The translations under genes were made by a program, and so were the position numbers. Under the pieces are notes generated by a model. That model was not told where the DNA came from. It did not search any database and was given only the letters and a program-made list of their open reading frames with translations. Below are positions 59,430 to 64,000 of a DNA stretch of 64,000 nucleotides, one piece after another. Source of the DNA: a virus; the IMG/VR virus record IMGVR_UViG_3300045988_110999. One strand, written 5' to 3'. Positions within the stretch are counted from its first letter, which is position 1. Each line of letters begins with the position of its first letter.

Positions 59430-61409
59430 CTACTCCAGATATTTCTCTTCCAAACGGGACGTAGACTTATTGTAGTAATACTCAGATACCGGATTCCCGT
59501 ACATGCCGTCACGGGTTTTGTCAATCTTGATACGGGTTACGTTCTCTAACTGGTCTTTCTCTTCAAGGGATAAGTTGGGGTCTTTCCCCGGTCTCCATAA
59601 GAGCATGATAACATCTGCCGAAGCTTCTAAGTCGCCAGTCAGTTTTAACTGTTGCATGTTCGGTTCGCCATAAGGATTACCACCTCGGTTCAGCTGGCTC
59701 AACATAACAAAGATGAGGTCGTTCTCCTTAGCTACGGCTTTCATCTTTGTAGCCGCCGCAGAAGCCCCCTCGAACTCAGAAGTTCCTTTCATATACCCGA
59801 AGTAGTCGACGAACACCATGTCAACAGGGCCACCCAAGACATTCTTCGTGTTGACAAGTTCTATACGCTTTTGGATATCCCCCATGGAGTAATCATTACC
59901 ATCGAATACGACAAGGCGGTTCTGGAGTTTCGTAATGACCTTCTGTACGGCTATATCATTGCTGGCGATGTATCCCTCTACTTCCGGAGTAGAACATTTG
60001 ATGAGTTTCGCCAAACAACGTTCGATGAGCTTCCCTTTCGGCATCTCTAAGGAGAAAAACGCTACCCTCATATTATCCTGACAAATGGCCCGTAGCATAT
60101 ACTCAATAGCGAAATCGGTTTTGCCAACCCCACTATAAGCCCCTATGACGACAACCTGTTTCTTCTCTATTTTGCGGATACAGTTGTCAATCTGCTGGAA
60201 GTGTGTCTTGTATCCCCCGATAGAGTAAATCTTCCGGAGGTCATTGATACAGCCAGTAATGTCAGAGGCCTCACTCAGGATGTCGTTGCTGTCTTCCCCT
60301 ACTGTATTGAAATACTTCTTGAGGTCTTCTACATCCTTGTTCCAGCGTTCTGCGAGATACTTAATGATATCGAGGCGAATCATCTCCGACTTGACAGTCT
60401 TCAAATATTCCTCAGCCCTCTGATATTCTTCCTCAATGGTCTTACAAGCCCCGATAATGAGTCGTGCGACATATTTGTCGATGTGCTCTGTAGGAAGCGT
60501 CTGAGCGTCGATACCGGCCAATAACAGGTCGTTCATATCCTTGTAGCCGTCAGGCATAAGGACGACTCGTACCTGACGGGAAGGAGAAATAGCTTTGAAG
60601 TAATCACGGACCCTCGGAATCCGTTTCTTACCAGCTTCATCATTGTCCGGGCAGATGACAACCGTCGTATCCCTGCGGAGGTAACTGTTCAGCATCCGGA
60701 TCTGGTCACGGTGAAGCTCATTGGAGCAATAGGCTACCGTAGGAATACCCATCTGATAGCCGCTGATTGCGTCCATATAGCCTTCTACGACGTAGACGGC
60801 ATTCTTTATAAGGCGACGTGCCTTATCGAGGCCAAAGAGGAACTCAGACTTATCATAGAGGATATTGTTACGGCTGTTCATGTACTTCGGCTTGGCGTCG
60901 AACTGCCGTACTGCCATGCCTACCGTCCGACCATTGGCATCCAGCAACGGGATTGTCATTTTACCGTCCCACATACCCAGCTCGAACGTCTGGATGGTTC
61001 CCTCGGTGAGCCCTCTCTTCTCCGTCAAATACTGCTTTACATTATCTACCCCAGCCAATCCTCTCTTCTTATAACCGTTGAATTTATCCTCCAACCGTTT
61101 CTGGTCCTGGTACTCGGCGTCGTCTTTAAGGTTGATATTCAGCATGGAGGCAAGACGTTCTGTGGCGGCACTGTAACTGATATGCTCGTAATCAGAAAGG
61201 AAGTTGATGACATTCCCTCCCGAGTTGCAGGCGAAGCAGTAGTAACCGCCACGGTCGTCAACGTACATAGCCTCTGGATTGACAGAGTTCTCATGGATGG
61301 GGCATTTACAACGCCAGCCATTCCCTTTGCGTACAAGTTCCACATGAGCGTAATCTTTAATGAACTGTGGTAAATCTATTTTCTGGATGATGATATTTTG
61401 AATGTCCAT
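59430..61409 (-). CDS. Bifunctional DNA primase (zf-CHC2 + TOPRIM) / DnaB-like helicase
   Basis: 'CKCPIHENSVNPEAMYV...YYCFACNSGGNVINF', TOPRIM 'VYVVEGYMDAISGYQMG', Walker A 'IGAYSGVGKTDFA'. Confidence 0.9.
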   Translation of the reverse strand: MDIQNIIIQKIDLPQFIKDYAHVELVRKGNGWRCKCPIHENSVNPEAMYVDDRGGYYCFACNSGGNVINFLSDYEHISYSAATERLASMLNINLKDDAEYQDQKRLEDKFNGYKKRGLAGVDNVKQYLTEKRGLTEGTIQTFELGMWDGKMTIPLLDANGRTVGMAVRQFDAKPKYMNSRNNILYDKSEFLFGLDKARRLIKNAVYVVEGYMDAISGYQMGIPTVAYCSNELHRDQIRMLNSYLRRDTTVVICPDNDEAGKKRIPRVRDYFKAISPSRQVRVVLMPDGYKDMNDLLLAGIDAQTLPTEHIDKYVARLIIGACKTIEEEYQRAEEYLKTVKSEMIRLDIIKYLAERWNKDVEDLKKYFNTVGEDSNDILSEASDITGCINDLRKIYSIGGYKTHFQQIDNCIRKIEKKQVVVIGAYSGVGKTDFAIEYMLRAICQDNMRVAFFSLEMPKGKLIERCLAKLIKCSTPEVEGYIASNDIAVQKVITKLQNRLVVFDGNDYSMGDIQKRIELVNTKNVLGGPVDMVFVDYFGYMKGTSEFEGASAAATKMKAVAKENDLIFVMLSQLNRGGNPYGEPNMQQLKLTGDLEASADVIMLLWRPGKDPNLSLEEKDQLENVTRIKIDKTRDGMYGNPVSEYYYNKSTSRLEEKYLE

Positions 61410-61425
61410 GTGTGCCTCCTGAATA

Positions 61426-61638
61426 TCAGTCTCTCAACCCCGGGAACTGGATGATGTTGTCATTCTTCTTTTCCAGTAAATCTAACAAGCTATCCTTCCG
61501 TTTCCGGATGAGCCCCTTGAGGATGACGAGTTCACCCTTCTCAGCTCCAGCATCTTCCCGTTCAAAGTATTTATCGACTTGCATCAATAACATGACCAAT
61601 CCTTTGAAAATCTTATCCTGTCTTTCCTGTTCTGTCAT
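61426..61638 (-). CDS. Hypothetical protein
   Basis: ORF track; AAGGGGGT SD. Confidence 0.55.
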   Translation of the reverse strand: MTEQERQDKIFKGLVMLLMQVDKYFEREDAGAEKGELVILKGLIRKRKDSLLDLLEKKNDNIIQFPGLRD

Positions 61639-61642
61639 AATA

Positions 61643-61951
61643 TTACCCCCTTAATTTCATCAGCATGTCGATGGAGTAAGCCACCTCGTCAGTCAGCTTG
61701 GGACGAGGCTGTTCCTTGTAGTAATCGAAAGCTCTCCACGAGGAAGCTTTATGATACAGTTCCCGTAGAGGCGTCCCTAGAGGCATCACATGGGTCTGTA
61801 GATAGTTTATCATATTCGTGATGTCCCCGTCAGGACTCTTGTCGAAAGCTTCCATCACATTCTCGTAGTTCTGGTATCCCCAACATTCTTTCCCAACCGT
61901 CTGGTCGAGGTAGAGTTGAGCTAACCGGCCCTGTTCAGTGTCTCTGTTCAT
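61643..61951 (-). CDS. Hypothetical protein
   Basis: ORF track; TAGGAGGT SD. Confidence 0.55.
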   Translation of the reverse strand: MNRDTEQGRLAQLYLDQTVGKECWGYQNYENVMEAFDKSPDGDITNMINYLQTHVMPLGTPLRELYHKASSWRAFDYYKEQPRPKLTDEVAYSIDMLMKLRG

Positions 61952-61974
61952 TTACTACCTCCTATATTAATTAC

Positions 61975-62016
61975 TTGGTATGATTCATTCACGGGCGGTA
62001 GAACGAACCATACCAA
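61975..62016 (-). repeat. Copy 1 of the repeated 16-bp-stem hairpin (TTGGTATGATTCATTC-N10-GAACGAACCATACCAA)
   Basis: 14 Watson-Crick pairs plus 2 A-C mismatches on the + strand, which become G-U pairs on the minus strand. Confidence 0.7.
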
Positions 62017-62185
62017 CTCATCTAATGATGAGTAAAACATTAACCGGAAGAAAATGAGGAGATTAAAAACATTCATTTAATTAATATCTATCCCCCGCCC
62101 GTGGTTGGGGATACATCTTCTTTAACTAATCTTTTAACCGGTTAAGAATTTCTCTATTCAACATCTAACATATACAAGATATTAC

Positions 62186-62226
62186 TTGGTATGGTTCATT
62201 CTTCTGTGAGGAACGAATCATTCCAA
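62186..62226 (-). repeat. Copy 2 of the repeated hairpin (TTGGTATGGTTCATTC-N9-GAACGAATCATTCCAA)
   Basis: Preceded by the same ATTAC as copy 1. Confidence 0.65.
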
Positions 62227-62249
62227 CTAATATATTTAATTAATTAAGA

Positions 62250-62278
62250 TAACTCATTCGCCTGTGGTGAACGAGCTA
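62250..62278 (-). repeat. Copy 3 (shorter) of the TCATTC-N9-GAACGA hairpin core
   Basis: ATAACTCATTC-GCCTGTGGT-GAACGAGCTAT. Confidence 0.5.
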
Positions 62279-62598
62279 TTATAAGATTGTAATTCTAGAG
62301 TTAAGATGAAACTTTAGAATTTCAATTAATTGATTAACTAGTATGTAATACTAGAGAGATGAGAGAACGAAAGTGAACGAATCTCTTAAACTAAAAGATT
62401 AATATGGCTCCCCCGCTCTATCTTTGGTTATACACAATATTCTGAGTCGGGAGAGCTTTACCATCTCGTATACTAAAGACACTATAAACACTAATAGTGG
62501 GTAACTACTCCCTACACACCAATCACTTTTCGTTCCATCCTGTAGGAATTATGTTCTCTTGCATAAATTTACTTGGCCTAGACTATAATATTGGGGAG

Positions 62599-63069
62599 TT
62601 ATTCCCCTTCGTCATTTGTATATTTAATCACTTCTGCTGGGATATTTCCGGAGACTGTCATTCTACTGTTTTCCGGAAGGCTCCAACCTTTGTAATCGTT
62701 GATAAAGTATTGGTAAGAGGCGTGCTTCCCAGTGTAAATCTTTAATTCTGTGATTATATTATTGTCTTCTAATTCTTTCAGGGCTTTTCTGGCAGTCTTA
62801 TTCGCACACCCATACATTTTTGCGATTGATGTCTGGCCATATAGACATACCCTTGTCGGCAAAAATCTATTGAACAGAATGAACGAAAATATTCCCTTAG
62901 CCGCACTTGATAAGCCGGATTCATACAAGTTTCTTATCATTCCACAATCATACTTAAATTCGTCTTTGGGTGCATCTACAGAGATATACCAAGAAAATTT
63001 CTCTCCACCTCCATTGGTTACCCAAAGATCAACCCATTTATCTTTTTTGTAAACCTTGATTTCGCTCAT
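62599..63069 (-). CDS. Winged-HTH protein (replication initiator or organiser candidate)
   Basis: 'QTSIAKMYGCANKTARKALKELEDNNII'. ATG 63069 behind GGAGGAG, in an ATGA overlap with the upstream gene. Confidence 0.5.
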   Translation of the reverse strand: MSEIKVYKKDKWVDLWVTNGGGEKFSWYISVDAPKDEFKYDCGMIRNLYESGLSSAAKGIFSFILFNRFLPTRVCLYGQTSIAKMYGCANKTARKALKELEDNNIITELKIYTGKHASYQYFINDYKGWSLPENSRMTVSGNIPAEVIKYTNDEGE

Positions 63070-63326
63070 AAAGCTCTCCTCCATTTCGTTGTTCCTACGA
63101 ATGTCCTATTCTCTACCAGCCCTTTTGCTTCGAGCCGGTCCAATGCTCTTGTTATCGTCCTTGCCGAAAGGAACGGTATCTTACGGTTAATATCTCCAAT
63201 GGACATGCGAGCGAACCGGTGCCCCTCGAAAGGGACACCTTTCACTTCGCACTGCTTACGAATGACCGAATGGACAATAGCCGCGCTTACGCCTACTTTC
63301 TGGCAAAGTCTTACGTCTAACTCCAT
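63066..63326 (-). CDS. Winged-HTH protein
   Basis: 'SIGDINRKIPFLSARTITRALDRLEAKGLVENR'; TAGGAGGT SD. Confidence 0.55.
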   Translation of the reverse strand: MELDVRLCQKVGVSAAIVHSVIRKQCEVKGVPFEGHRFARMSIGDINRKIPFLSARTITRALDRLEAKGLVENRTFVGTTKWRRAL

Positions 63327-63336
63327 AGGCTACCTC

Positions 63337-64000
63337 CTAAGCCGGTTCATCATACATAGCCGCCTGCTGGTCAGCCAGCACTTTCGCTGCGGCGTTCTTG
63401 ACTTCTTCCGAGAATCTGGACTTATTGACTACCCAAGTCAGATAACCGAAGTCCGTGACCGAAGACACCGGTTTGCCTGCGTACTTCGTGTTCGGCGGCA
63501 TCATGACTTCCCCATTCGAGGAGGCCTGCGGCCGAGGTTCTTCATAAGAAGCTTCCCGATGGTACGACTGTCTCGGTTCCGGTTCGTCCTGAACGGTGCC
63601 TTCCGGTAAAGCCCAGTTCGGGAGTTTCGGACGTTCTGTGAAGTTACCCCACTGGTCGATAGGGACCCACTGGCGAGGCAGGTTGTACAAGTAACGGCCA
63701 ATACCGAAAGCAGAAGCGACACGACGCATAGCTCCGGTGATACCACCTTTGAACGGGCTGAAGTCTGTGCAGTTAGCCCCATCCATTCTCGATACATCAC
63801 CATCCGGTAAGTGCAACGTCATCTTGGCCAAGAAACCTTTGATGATATAGGTCTCTTCCCCTTTATACGTCGTCCGGGTCGCTGTACCCATATCAGCTGG
63901 GATGTATTCGACTTCCCATTTATCGGGGCCTACTACTTCATCAAGACGTTCCATGACCGCCCGGGAGCTGATGTAAGCCATGGCTTCGGCTTTGCTCTTG
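63337..64000 (-). CDS. Rad52/Sak-type single-strand annealing protein (5' end may lie beyond the window)
   Basis: 'AYISSRAVMERLDEVVGPDKWEVEY...FKGGITGAMRRVASAFGIGRYLYNLP'. The frame stays open upstream of ATG 63981 to the window edge. Confidence 0.75.
   Translation of the reverse strand, partial: KSKAEAMAYISSRAVMERLDEVVGPDKWEVEYIPADMGTATRTTYKGEETYIIKGFLAKMTLHLPDGDVSRMDGANCTDFSPFKGGITGAMRRVASAFGIGRYLYNLPRQWVPIDQWGNFTERPKLPNWALPEGTVQDEPEPRQSYHREASYEEPRPQASSNGEVMMPPNTKYAGKPVSSVTDFGYLTWVVNKSRFSEEVKNAAAKVLADQQAAMYDEPA

Noticed and set aside
1-64000. Stop-codon reassignment (TAG or TGA recoding), prompted by the Gln/Trp tRNAs and the split or start-less genes
   Set aside because: All three stops (TAA, TAG, TGA) terminate well-supported genes at coupled junctions. 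Very long ORFs (2679, 1297, 818 aa) are uninterrupted. The tRNA anticodons are the standard UUG and CCA. The split genes are explained by an intron and inteins.
1-64000. CRISPR array, integrase/attachment site, transposase
   Set aside because: No regularly spaced direct repeats with unique spacers were seen. No tyrosine or serine recombinase or transposase motifs appear in any ORF. The repeated hairpins at 61975-62278 are irregularly spaced inverted repeats.

Overview
This window reads as a contiguous piece of a tailed dsDNA phage genome. Genes are tightly packed with strong GGAGG-type Shine-Dalgarno sites, and the gene content looks Firmicutes-like: GH25 endolysin, 3D-domain protein, RemA homologue. 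No integrase is seen.

There are three transcriptional blocks.
1. Leftward, 647-39294. In order of transcription: large terminase, a ~680-nt ORF-free structured segment, four tRNAs, a RemA-like gene, portal, scaffold, HK97-like capsid, neck and tail/fibre genes, two virion peptidoglycan hydrolases, a 2679-aa giant protein, a lysis cassette, then DnaE.
2. Rightward, 40334-49225. This early/accessory block is preceded by a ~0.8-kb G+C-rich ORF-free structured segment. It carries an amidoligase plus class-II amidotransferase pair, five tandem Cys-rich paralogues, a Rha/KilAC antirepressor and an SNF2 helicase.
3. Leftward, 49246-64000. Small terminase, a sigma-like regulator, a 3D-domain protein, a ThyX-like protein, NrdD/NrdG/thioredoxin, dUTPase, a resolvase-like nuclease, a Cas4-like nuclease, primase-helicase, wHTH proteins and a Rad52-like annealase.

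Three essential genes carry self-splicing elements:
- an HNH intein in DnaE;
- an Ala1 intein with the W/C/T triplet (class 3) and a LAGLIDADG domain in the TerL P-loop;
- an ORF-less group I intron in nrdD.

The most unusual content is:
- the two large hairpin-dense ORF-free regions flanking terL, one abutting the tRNA array in a GOLLD/ROOL-like context;
- the Zn-ribbon-amidoligase / GATase / Cys-rich paralogue array;
- two DUF2829 (Tad2-family) genes;
- several dispersed conserved hairpin and promoter-box motifs;
- several genes whose starts or junctions need a 1-nt frame change at a homopolymer run.

All calls come from reading the sequence and ORF track by eye. No database or folding software was run.
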